The notes beneath the pieces are model-generated. The model did no database searches. It worked only from the letters and a program-made list of their open reading frames with translations, and had not been told where the DNA came from. A DNA stretch of 32,000 nt from Pirellula staleyi DSM 6068 (GTDB lineage Bacteria > Planctomycetota > Planctomycetia > Pirellulales > Pirellulaceae): assembly GCA_000025185.1 (NCBI GenBank), contig CP001848.1, positions 2,340,001 to 2,372,000 on the forward strand, given 5' to 3'. Positions 24,786 to 32,000 of this stretch are shown here, one piece after another (the stretch's first letter is position 1; every line of letters starts with the position of its first letter). The position numbers and the translations under genes were made by a program.

Positions 24786-26315
24786 TTAGTTCTCGATCGT
24801 CGCGCCGGGGCGCAACAGTTTTAGCAAAGTTTCGCGTAGTTCGCGCACTTTCAGGGGCATCGTCAGGAGGAGTCGATGCGGCGCCATGTTCGCACTTTTG
24901 ATAATCGAGGTTTGTCGCTGGTCGACAAACAAGATCGCCGGGACATCTTTGCTCGAGGCGTTCATGCCAAAAATGTTGAACGCTTCTAGCGCCGAGTTGC
25001 CCAGTTCAGGGGTGCTGAAAATCACGCAATCGGCGGGCTTCACCGGATCGTCGTTGAATCGCTGAATCGCACGCATCGGGTCGCTGAAGATCAGCACGCG
25101 ATAGCCATGCTTTTTCAGGCGTTCGCGGAGGGCATCCTGCATTTCGATCTTCGACTCGATGATCATCAGGGTCTTCGAAGCCCCTTCAGTTTCAGACGCC
25201 ACTTTTTTGTCGACTTTGGCAGCAAGTCTGGCTGCTTCGGCCGCCGCTGCTGCGTCGCTGGCTGCCACGGCATCGGCATCACCCGTGTCGCCCGCTTCAA
25301 GGTGAAGCAATACGCGTTTGGCTTCTTCGAGCATTTCCTGCGCGGAGCTGAATCGACGTTCAGGACTGAGCTCGATCGATCGCTGAACGAACGAAGCCAA
25401 ACGCCGAGGCAGGTTCGGCTCGAGCATGAGGACTGGCTTGATCGACTGGAAGCGAGTGAGGCTGAGACGCTGGATGCGATCGCGCGTTTCTGCCAGCGGA
25501 GGCTGGCCGGTCAGCATGTTGTAAAGAATGGTGCCGGTGAAATAGAGATCGCTCCGTGGGTCGTTGTTGCGGACCCCAGAAGCGCGCTCGAGACCGGCGT
25601 AGTCGATGGTGCGTGGATTGGTGAGTTCGTCGTCTTTGCCCGAGGCGGTGGCCGCCGCGCTGAGGCCGGCAAGACCAAAGTCCACGATCTTGGCTTTGCC
25701 GCGGCTGGTGACCAGGATGTTCGACATTTTGATGTCGCGGTGGGTCATCCCTTTTTCAAAGGCGTAGGCCAAACCCGCTACGATGTCGATCGTAAGGCGG
25801 AGCGCTTCGAGCGGCTCGAGTTTTTTGCGTACACGCGTGAACTCGCGCAAGTTTCGGCCTTCGACGAACTCCATCACGAGGTATGGGGAGGGGATCGAGT
25901 TCACTTCATAAATCGGCACGATGCTGGGGTGTCGGAGTTGCACACCGACTTGGCCTTCGCGAAGGAACTGCTCGGTCGATTCGGCGCTTTCGCGGAATCG
26001 TTTGCGCAAGACCTTCACTGCCACCACGCGACCGGTTTGTTTGTGCACCGCCCGATAGACGCGAGCAAAAGTCCCCGTGCCGACCAGATACAGCACGCGA
26101 TACTCGCCGTAGAAATAGCCCCCTCGTTCTCCCTTGAGGAGCCGGTCGAGCTGGTAGTTCGTCAGGAGCTCGCGCCGCAGAAGTAAGCTGGTGAATTGCT
26201 CGAGGGTGACTTCGCGCGTTCCGAGTTCCGCCCAGACCGTTTCGATCTGGCGAGACTCGAGGAGCGCGGAATCGAGAATCCGCTGGCCGAGTTTTTCTGC
26301 GGTAACGTCCGACAT
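24786..26315 (-). CDS. Hanks-type Ser/Thr protein kinase with C-terminal degenerate receiver-like domain
   Basis: Kinase motifs are GTGTFARVY (G-loop), VAVKVL (VAIK Lys), HRDIKMSNIL (HRD) and DFGLA (DFG). The last ~129 aa (nt ~24789-25175) have the alternating beta/alpha pattern of a CheY-like receiver. Start at ATG 26315 (MSDVTAEKLG); the track extends it to 26369. Confidence 0.9.
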   Translation of the reverse strand: MSDVTAEKLGQRILDSALLESRQIETVWAELGTREVTLEQFTSLLLRRELLTNYQLDRLLKGERGGYFYGEYRVLYLVGTGTFARVYRAVHKQTGRVVAVKVLRKRFRESAESTEQFLREGQVGVQLRHPSIVPIYEVNSIPSPYLVMEFVEGRNLREFTRVRKKLEPLEALRLTIDIVAGLAYAFEKGMTHRDIKMSNILVTSRGKAKIVDFGLAGLSAAATASGKDDELTNPRTIDYAGLERASGVRNNDPRSDLYFTGTILYNMLTGQPPLAETRDRIQRLSLTRFQSIKPVLMLEPNLPRRLASFVQRSIELSPERRFSSAQEMLEEAKRVLLHLEAGDTGDADAVAASDAAAAAEAARLAAKVDKKVASETEGASKTLMIIESKIEMQDALRERLKKHGYRVLIFSDPMRAIQRFNDDPVKPADCVIFSTPELGNSALEAFNIFGMNASSKDVPAILFVDQRQTSIIKSANMAPHRLLLTMPLKVRELRETLLKLLRPGATIEN

Positions 26316-26535
26316 GAACCTGTCTGTCGCTAGTAGATGACTCGTTGGCTGACAGTCGTCGACTGCCAAAGTGGATTGGCAACCGAGGGGCAGGGGAGAG
26401 CAGGCAGCACCCCCCTGGAGGCCATGCTACGCAACATTCCCAAGGGTAGCAATCGCGCCGCACTTCCCACGCTTGGGTTAGTTTACTTCATCTCGGTGCA
26501 GAGCGCGTGAAGATCGTCTAGCAGGCAGGTTGTTT

Positions 26536-26614
26536 TTGCGAAAGAAATAGGGCCCGCAGTGCTGGTTAGGTGCGGGCAACAGCCGGTCGCCGAAGGTGGG
26601 ATAAAGACCGGCTG
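26536..26614 (-). terminator. Tandem hairpins downstream of the 26652-26948 gene (candidate terminator)
   Basis: The first stem is 9 bp: CAGCCGGTC (26580-26588) / GACCGGCTG (26606-26614). The second is 6 bp: CCCGCA (26553-26558) / TGCGGG (26571-26576). On the minus strand the second is followed by CCTATTTCTTTCG. Confidence 0.35.
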
Positions 26615-26651
26615 AATTGCTCGAAAGTCGCATCGCTGCAAGAGTTCGAGA

Positions 26652-26948
26652 CTACTGGCCACGACCTTGGGTGTCGTCGCCACTGTTTCGCAGGGCATCT
26701 CGCTCGCGGCGGGTCGCTTCGAGATCGAACACCAGATACTTCATGTCGAGCCGCAGCTGGCTCAAGGCTTCCTGCACGAGATTCAGGATGCGACGGCGAC
26801 GCTTGGTGCTATCAACCACGCGAAACATCAGCGGTTCGAGCTTCGAACGGACCTCAGCGGGGAGCGAAGCGACGGCAGCAGCCAGTTCAGCTACGTCCTT
26901 AGGAAGTTCGTCGTTCGAAGTGGCAGCGATGTGTGGTGTCGTGGTCAT
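26652..26948 (-). CDS. Small hypothetical protein (98 aa), helical with an Arg-rich patch
   Basis: ATG 26948 has GGAGA ~12 nt upstream; the track extends the ORF to 27017. The sequence is MTTTPHIAATSNDELPKDVAELAAAVASLPAEVRSKLEPLMFRVVDSTKRRRRILNLVQEALSQLRLDMKYLVFDLEATRRERDALR... I recognise no domain. Confidence 0.6.
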   Translation of the reverse strand: MTTTPHIAATSNDELPKDVAELAAAVASLPAEVRSKLEPLMFRVVDSTKRRRRILNLVQEALSQLRLDMKYLVFDLEATRRERDALRNSGDDTQGRGQ

Positions 26949-26992
26949 TGGTTGCGTCTCCGTTAGTGGCCGATGAATGCTTAGGTAAGAAA

Positions 26993-27007
26993 GCGAACCT
27001 TGTGCCA
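26993..27007 (-). promoter_or_regulatory. Sigma54-like -24/-12 element upstream of the small gene
   Basis: The minus strand reads TGGCAC-AAGGT-TCGCT, against the consensus TGGCACG-N4-TTGCW. The GG and GC dinucleotides are at canonical GG-N10-GC spacing. The GC lies ~45 nt upstream of ATG 26948. The element overlaps the perfect dyad TGTGCCA-N4-TGGCACA (27001-27018). Confidence 0.3.
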
Positions 27008-27040
27008 GAGTTGGCACAGGGATTGGCCAGTTAGGGCGTA

Positions 27041-27069
27041 ACTCTAAGTGCCTTCGACGTTTGCGTCAA
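27041..27069 (-). promoter_or_regulatory. Candidate sigma70-type promoter for the small gene
   Basis: The minus strand reads TTGACG (27069-27064), a 17-nt spacer, then TAGAGT (27046-27041). Confidence 0.35.
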
Positions 27070-27248
27070 ATATTTGGCAAACTTTGCGGGCTGGGTGGTT
27101 GTGGAGATTTTGCCACAGTCGGTCTGGAAAATTTTCGCAAACGTTGCTAACAGGCGACTTTAGAGCGAAATGCGCGCGGGTGCCCCGATTGTCGTTTTTG
27201 GACAACATCCAGTTGATAACTAGCTGAAGCAGATCGACGCCGAGACTC

Positions 27249-30047
27249 ATGCCGAATCACTGCACAACTCGAATCCACCAGCTTCCGGGCGGAAGATGCG
27301 TGCGCGAAGTGCTTGTCTCAGCAGTGGTTACGGCGACTCTGCTCGTCTTCTCGGCTGGGGCGAATGCTCAGCTGCGAGATAGTTTTGAAGGGCCCGAGCC
27401 AACGTGGCGACTCGCCGAAGCCGATTGCGGCGTGAAAGTGCTGGCTCAGCAGCGTGCACTCGGGCAAGCGCATGGCGGGAACGCCAGCGAGTATTCGCGG
27501 CTGTCGATTGGCAACGGCACCTATGTCTACATGACCCGCTCGATTGGTCGCTGCGGTGTGATTGCCGAACTAGCGCCCAGTATGTGGGTGAAATGCGACC
27601 GAGCCAATGTACGGCTAATGCTTCGCGTGGTGCTGCCACGCTCGATCGATCCCGGTTCGGGACAGCCTCTCACCGCGCTGCTGCGGGGCGATGCCTACAC
27701 CGACGTTGGCAACTGGCAGCAACTGACTGTGCCGACACCCCTCACGCTGCTGCAGCGCGAAGCGGTGGTGCTCCGCACGCAGTTTGGTCGCGAAGTGGAT
27801 ATGCGTGGCGCTTATGCCGATCTGCTGGTGCTGAATACTTACACCGGTCCTGGCGAAACACAGCTGTGGTTCGACGATCTCGAGATCGCGGGCTATGTGA
27901 ACATCGACGAAGCACCGGCGGCGGATGGCGGCAACACCAGCTCGGTGAACTCCCGTAGCAACGGACAAACGTCGGACTCCGATGGCTCGGCAGTGCGTGT
28001 CGCTCAAAAGGCGCCGCAGCTCGAAGGTTCGATCCTCACGGTGGCGAATCGGCCGTTCATGGTCCGCGCGATTCAGTATCAAGGCGAGCCACTCGAGTGG
28101 CTGCGATCGTTGGGCTTTAACACCATCAAGCTCACCTCGTCCCCATCGTCGCAACTGATCAAAGAGGCCCGTCGGCTCGAGATGTGGATTATCGCGCCAC
28201 CACCTTATGGAGACATGGCCGCTAGTAGCGATGACTTCGATCGAATCATCGCTTGGAGTTTAGGAAGTCGACTGGGCGATGCCGACGTGCGAGCCACGGA
28301 AGATTTGGCGGTGGAACTGCGGCGCAATGATCGGATGAATCGTCCGATCGTTTGTTCAGCCGATTGTCAGCTTGCAGCCTACAGCCGAATCGCAGGTATT
28401 TTGCAGGTCGATCAACCACTGCTTGGCAGCACGGTCGAGTTGATGTCGTATCGCTCGTGGCTTTCGAGTCGTCCACGCATTGCCCGACCGGGAACACCGA
28501 TGTGGGCCGGCATTGCCATGCAGTCGTCGACCAAGCTTGATGAACAACTACGAGCATTCTCGGCTTCGGCGCGAGCGGAAGATGATCCCGATCCCGATCA
28601 GCTTCGACTGCAAGTTTATGCCGCGCTTTCGGCAGGGATGAAGGGGCTGGTGTTTCAATCCAACGCGCCGCTGGCCATCGATACGATCTCAGCCGGACTG
28701 CGAACCGACACACTCAAACTGCTCAATCACGAACTCGCAATGCTCGAACCATGGGTCGCGGGTGGTTCGCTGGTCGACGACATGATTTCGTTCGATCCCA
28801 GTGTGCAAGTGAGTGTGCTGCAAACCGAGCGCTCGAAACTTTTGCTGATCACGCGTCATGCCTCGCATCAGCAGTATGTCGCTGCGCCACCACCTAGTAC
28901 CCCGATTTCGCTCGTGGTTCCAGGCGTTCCGATTTCCGATCGTGCTTACCAAATCACCATGGCGGGGCTGAAGCAACTTCGCGCCACGCCCGGAAGTGGC
29001 GGCACTCGAATCACGATCGAAGATGCCGGAATTGCGACGGCGGTGGTGCTGACCCAAGATCCGCTCGTGGTGCATCACTTGCAGCGAACGCTCGCACAAA
29101 GTCAGCAGGAAGTGGCCCGACTGCGTTACGACATGGCGGTTCGTCGGCATGCGACCACGGTGAATATCGATCGCGAACTGGCAATCCGCTCGCATCCGCT
29201 CGAAGGTTCGACGCAGCGGCTCGACGAAGCACGCAGCAACTTAGAACAAGCGCGTCGGATGCATGAATCGGCGAACTACAGCGAAGTCCACCGCTTTAGT
29301 GCGCGGGCCGAATCGCTACTTGCACGTGTGCGACGTGGCCACTGGGAGCAAACCGCTGCAGCATTTCCCTCGCCCGCCGCGAGCCCTTGCATTGGCCGCT
29401 TTACGACGTTGCCATTGCACTGGAGTGTCGCCGAGCGAATTCGTCGCGGCACATTTTCGCCGAACTATTTAGCGGCTGGTGACATGGAAAATCTGGCGGT
29501 GATGCTCGAAGCAGGTTGGCGACAACAGCGTCGCTTGCCTGCAGGCGTTGATGCCGACGTCGCCCTCTCGCTGCGCGAGCCGCATAGTGGTCGGTCCTCG
29601 ACTCGCTTAGCAGCTTGGGTTGCCAATCCGAAAGAAGCACCCGCTGTTCTTGAGCGACCACCGGTTTGGATCACCAGCAGTCCCGTGCCTGTTCGAATGG
29701 GACAGATTGTGCGCGTGCATGGCTGGGTGAATGTTCCGGCGCGACTCACAGGAACAGCCGACGGCCTGCATGTGTTCGATTCGATCGGTGGTCCTGAACT
29801 GGGTGATCGCATTCGTCTGACACAAGGTTGGCGCGAGTTCACGCTCTATCGCAGCGTACCTGATAACGGACAGCTGACTCTCACGTTTGCTCTCACGGGA
29901 CTCGGTGAAGCATCGATCGATTCCGTATCGGTTCATCTGCTCGATCCACCACCTTTACGCCCGGCGGGAACTCCCGACCCGGCCATGCAAAATCCATTTC
30001 CAGGAGCTGCGAGTCTTTTGCCAGCCTCGCCTCCCACACCGCGATAA
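27249..30047 (+). CDS. Large secreted hypothetical protein; possible beta-sandwich / TIM-barrel-like / coiled-coil / beta-sandwich layout
   Basis: 932 aa. The signal peptide is ...REVLVSAVVTATLLVFSAGANA|QL; an alternative GTG start is at 27300. The N-terminal module ends in QLWFDDLEIAGYV and the C-terminal module in GEASIDSVSVHLLD, both like carbohydrate-binding jelly rolls. The middle segment FMVRAIQYQGEPLEWLRSLGFNTIKL...MWIIAPPPYG looks like glycoside-hydrolase TIM-barrel strands. This is a weak, by-eye call. Confidence 0.7.
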   Translation: MPNHCTTRIHQLPGGRCVREVLVSAVVTATLLVFSAGANAQLRDSFEGPEPTWRLAEADCGVKVLAQQRALGQAHGGNASEYSRLSIGNGTYVYMTRSIGRCGVIAELAPSMWVKCDRANVRLMLRVVLPRSIDPGSGQPLTALLRGDAYTDVGNWQQLTVPTPLTLLQREAVVLRTQFGREVDMRGAYADLLVLNTYTGPGETQLWFDDLEIAGYVNIDEAPAADGGNTSSVNSRSNGQTSDSDGSAVRVAQKAPQLEGSILTVANRPFMVRAIQYQGEPLEWLRSLGFNTIKLTSSPSSQLIKEARRLEMWIIAPPPYGDMAASSDDFDRIIAWSLGSRLGDADVRATEDLAVELRRNDRMNRPIVCSADCQLAAYSRIAGILQVDQPLLGSTVELMSYRSWLSSRPRIARPGTPMWAGIAMQSSTKLDEQLRAFSASARAEDDPDPDQLRLQVYAALSAGMKGLVFQSNAPLAIDTISAGLRTDTLKLLNHELAMLEPWVAGGSLVDDMISFDPSVQVSVLQTERSKLLLITRHASHQQYVAAPPPSTPISLVVPGVPISDRAYQITMAGLKQLRATPGSGGTRITIEDAGIATAVVLTQDPLVVHHLQRTLAQSQQEVARLRYDMAVRRHATTVNIDRELAIRSHPLEGSTQRLDEARSNLEQARRMHESANYSEVHRFSARAESLLARVRRGHWEQTAAAFPSPAASPCIGRFTTLPLHWSVAERIRRGTFSPNYLAAGDMENLAVMLEAGWRQQRRLPAGVDADVALSLREPHSGRSSTRLAAWVANPKEAPAVLERPPVWITSSPVPVRMGQIVRVHGWVNVPARLTGTADGLHVFDSIGGPELGDRIRLTQGWREFTLYRSVPDNGQLTLTFALTGLGEASIDSVSVHLLDPPPLRPAGTPDPAMQNPFPGAASLLPASPPTPR

Positions 30048-30059
30048 AGCTCGGCACAC

Positions 30060-30617
30060 TTAGTAGCGCCAAGCATTCGGCACGTTCTGAGCGCTGGGGT
30101 GCTGAGGAGCGAGCGAAGGCTTTTGATCAGCCGCCTCGGTCGTCAGGATCTGAGAAGCGGCCGAGTCGATATAGCCTGTGATCCCGTTGAGCAATCGCTG
30201 ACTTGCACCATCGAGCTTCTGCTCGACATACTGCTCCCGAGCCATCGTGCCGGTGCCTTCATACTGACTCGCCACCGAATGCGGGAGTGGCTCGCTCGGA
30301 GCCTGCCAAGGGGTGGCGGTCATCGGCTCCTCTCCATACCACGGGTCGCTGCCAGTGGGAGCTGGAAAGGCCGGGCCGGTATAGCTGCGGTCGACCGTAG
30401 TTTGAACTGTTGCGGGAACCGCCGGAAGCTGAAACCAGTTCGACGCCTCGGGGGCATTCGGGCCGGCGGTCGTTTGGGCAGCAGCTTGGGGAACCAGCCG
30501 ATCGAGTTCGCTGGTCCAGCGCTGCCAGTCCACTTGGGGCAGCATCCACACCAGAGCCAAAGCCCCAAGCACTTCCACAATCGTGGCCGAGAAAAAACGA
30601 ATGGGATTGAGACGCAC
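30060..30617 (-). CDS. Hypothetical membrane-anchored protein (N-terminal TM helix)
   Basis: I prefer GTG 30617 (VRLNPIRFFSATIVEVLGALALVWMLP...), which has AAGGAAGGGG 8-17 nt upstream; the track starts at GTG 30656. There is a single N-terminal hydrophobic helix, and the rest is P/A/Q/T-rich. It converges on the 27249-30047 gene with a 12-bp gap. Confidence 0.6.
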   Translation of the reverse strand: MRLNPIRFFSATIVEVLGALALVWMLPQVDWQRWTSELDRLVPQAAAQTTAGPNAPEASNWFQLPAVPATVQTTVDRSYTGPAFPAPTGSDPWYGEEPMTATPWQAPSEPLPHSVASQYEGTGTMAREQYVEQKLDGASQRLLNGITGYIDSAASQILTTEAADQKPSLAPQHPSAQNVPNAWRY

Positions 30618-30888
30618 TAGAGCACCCCTTCCTTGGTAACACTCACTACCAGGCACTCGCCGATCCTTGGCGACCTCGATAGCGGCTCGTTTTTGCCAGC
30701 GGCTTTCAAAGCGAAAGCACCAGCGTCATTGCTGCTGGCAACACGCTAGGGGGAAACAGCAACGACTGTGCCGTGCGTAATGAAAAGTCGCAACTTTGCG
30801 CCCTAAGGTACGTCGTATCTTCGGCTTGCTGACTTTGCGGCCTGCGGCGACAGCTTTCCGCGATTGCATTTCTGTCTCAAAATTGAAG

Positions 30889-31116
30889 TCAGAAGTTCTC
30901 AGGCTGAGAATCCTCGGCGGCGTCATCGCCCGAACTATCGAGCATGCTAGCACTTGCGGAAGATTGGGCCGCTTGACGCGTCAGGGCTCGCTGCAGCCGA
31001 TCGATTTGCTCGGCTTGCTCCCGCACCACCTGCGAGAGGACCTCCACCTTCCGGTCGAGATGCGTGATCAAGATTTCGAGGTCGATCAGGTGCTCTTCCG
31101 CCGAACGCTGAGCCAT
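30889..31116 (-). CDS. slyX: SlyX-like small coiled-coil protein
   Basis: ATG 31116 gives a 75-aa product, MAQRSAEEHLIDLEILITHLDRKVEVLSQVVREQAEQIDRLQRALTRQ... This follows the SlyX pattern (R..ELE..LAFQE..IE.LN..V..Q...I..L) and has an acidic tail. The track ORF extends to 31245 through an Arg-rich, non-coding-looking leader. Confidence 0.55.
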   Translation of the reverse strand: MAQRSAEEHLIDLEILITHLDRKVEVLSQVVREQAEQIDRLQRALTRQAAQSSASASMLDSSGDDAAEDSQPENF

Positions 31117-31319
31117 CGCAAGATCTCGCCGAACTAAAAGAATCGAGCCTCTTTCGCCAAGCTTCGATTTTAGCGAGTTGCGTCTACGAAAAAACGCCTG
31201 GCATACCCTCACCCCAAAACTGCCCCTTGGTGCGCGAGTATGCAAGGCGTCTAGCCTAGGTCATCGGCCTCCACGTTGGATCAACATTTCGACATTTGTA
31301 GTTTTCGAGGCATTTTGCG

Positions 31320-31530
31320 CATCGCCGCAAGCGATGTTCGCTGCGGCCGGCCGCAGGATTTCAGCGGCGAAACAGGTGCCCGACGGGACCGATTATCGTG
31401 CCTGCAGCGAGTGGCCATCTCCTGCTGGTTTCCGCGCGACCAGCGCGCGCTCGCGCGTGTCGACGTGTGCCGTTTAAGGGGATTTCGCTGGCCGCCGCGC
31501 AGCCAGCGCGCGCTGGCGCAAGTCGGCGCG
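31320..31530. repeat. Cluster of GC-only palindromes and a ~32-bp direct repeat at 60-bp spacing
   Basis: A hairpin CATCGC-cgcaa-GCGATG lies at 31320-31336. A perfect 16-bp palindrome CTGCGGCCGGCCGCAG lies at 31341-31356. A dyad CGCGCGA-N11-TCGCGCG lies at 31433-31457. A perfect 14-bp palindrome CCAGCGCGCGCTGG lies at 31503-31516. The units gcgcgaccagcgcgcgctcgcgcgtgtcgacg (from ~31434) and gcgcagccagcgcgcgctggcgcaagtcggcg (from ~31494) match at ~26 of 32 positions. Confidence 0.7.
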
Positions 31531-31822
31531 CGCCCCTCCGCCGGAATTGCCCCACTGCCGATCCCCCATCGGCTCGCGAGTTCGGCCCCCAAACCGCTCC
31601 GCCCCCTTCGCGCGCTCATTGCCAACCTGCGCTGCTGTCCGACTCGCCACCCCTGCAGCACCCCGCCACAGCCTCTCCGAAGCCTCGCGACGGTAAGATG
31701 TAACGCCTACGCACGAGATAGCACCGCTAGCGACACGATAGCCACCCCCAGCGGATAGAAATTTTTCGTCGTAAAGTATTTTCCAGGAATATACTTAGGA
31801 CGAATTTGGTGACGAGGGGGTT

Positions 31823-31850
31823 TTGCTCGCCGAGCCCGACCGTCTACAAT
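31823..31850 (+). promoter_or_regulatory. Candidate sigma70-type promoter for the right-edge gene
   Basis: TTGCTC (31823-31828), a 16-nt spacer, then TACAAT (31845-31850). An AT-rich stretch (31755-31810) lies upstream. ATG 31881 is 30 nt downstream. Confidence 0.35.
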
Positions 31851-31880
31851 CTGGGCATCGAAATTCGCGAAACCTTCAAA

Positions 31881-32000
31881 ATGAGACCCTCCACCATGAA
31901 CCTAACACTACCAGAACTGCTGGATGGTTCGTCGCCCACTACGGCGGCAGTGGTTGCTCGTAGCATCGTCGACCCTGCTCGGTTCCGCGAGCTGCTTGTT
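31881..32000 (+). CDS. 5' end of an unidentified protein-coding gene (runs off the right edge)
   Basis: ATG 31881 (in-frame ATG at 31896) opens a frame that is still open at 32000. The translation is MRPSTMNLTLPELLDGSSPTTAAVVARSIVDPARFRELLV. The composition looks coding and a promoter-like element precedes it, but only 40 codons are visible. Confidence 0.45.
   Translation, partial: MRPSTMNLTLPELLDGSSPTTAAVVARSIVDPARFRELLV

Noticed and set aside
26483-26976. ORFs 26483-26698 (-), 26570-26902 (+), 26617-26976 (+) and 26667-26966 (+)
   Set aside because: They overlap the 26652-26948 gene or its terminator hairpins. They lack start context and have non-coding-like composition.
31276-31758. 160-aa + ORF and 126-aa minus ORF (31281-31661)
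   Set aside because: Their translations are dominated by Arg/Ala/Pro/Ser from GC-only palindromic DNA (RDQRALARVDV / RSQRALAQVGA simply mirror the DNA repeat). There is no start context, so I treat the region as non-coding.
1-32000. Search for CRISPR arrays, rRNA, IS elements and toxin-antitoxin or restriction-modification gene pairs
   Set aside because: I saw no regularly spaced direct repeats with unique spacers. I saw no rRNA-like conserved blocks, no transposase or integrase-like ORFs, and no small overlapping gene pairs.

Overview
GC-rich bacterial chromosomal segment. The gene content points to Planctomycetota (Pirellulales-like), by inference only: Pro-rich zinc-ribbon/GYF membrane proteins, a Hanks-type kinase, a PQQ-type propeller starting with the DWPRWRG motif, and many lineage-restricted hypotheticals. 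I support 22 protein-coding genes, two of them cut by the window edges, plus one class II tRNA, tRNA-Ser(CGA), with its own promoter and terminator. Recognisable housekeeping and metabolic genes are speA, folD, a btaA-btaB betaine-lipid (DGTS) pair, and a three-gene lysine/2-aminoadipate catabolic cluster (DUF1338/HglS, class III aminotransferase, ALDH7-type dehydrogenase). A slyX-like gene is also present. The supplied ORF track misses the largest coding region at the left edge: a minus-strand frame open for 623 codons over 2-1870. The + strand ORFs listed there are its antisense shadows. Less ordinary items are: (1) a P-loop NTPase with a transmembrane hairpin between Walker A and Walker B (KAP-like topology); (2) a membrane-anchored zinc-ribbon / S1 protease / HEAT-repeat fusion; (3) a zinc-ribbon/Met-Pro-rich/GYF membrane protein divergent from a ClpP-fold protein that seems to lack the catalytic Asp; (4) a Ser/Thr kinase with a degenerate C-terminal receiver domain; (5) a two-gene unit of domain-less alpha-helical proteins; (6) a 37-bp imperfect inverted repeat; (7) a sigma54-like element inside a perfect dyad; (8) a cluster of GC-only palindromes in a ~760-bp gene-free stretch. 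I saw no rRNA, CRISPR array, transposase, integrase or clear mobile element. All calls come from reading and hand-translating the sequence; no database search was possible. Several starts in the ORF track use GTG/TTG, so I trimmed N-termini where an internal ATG with a better context exists.
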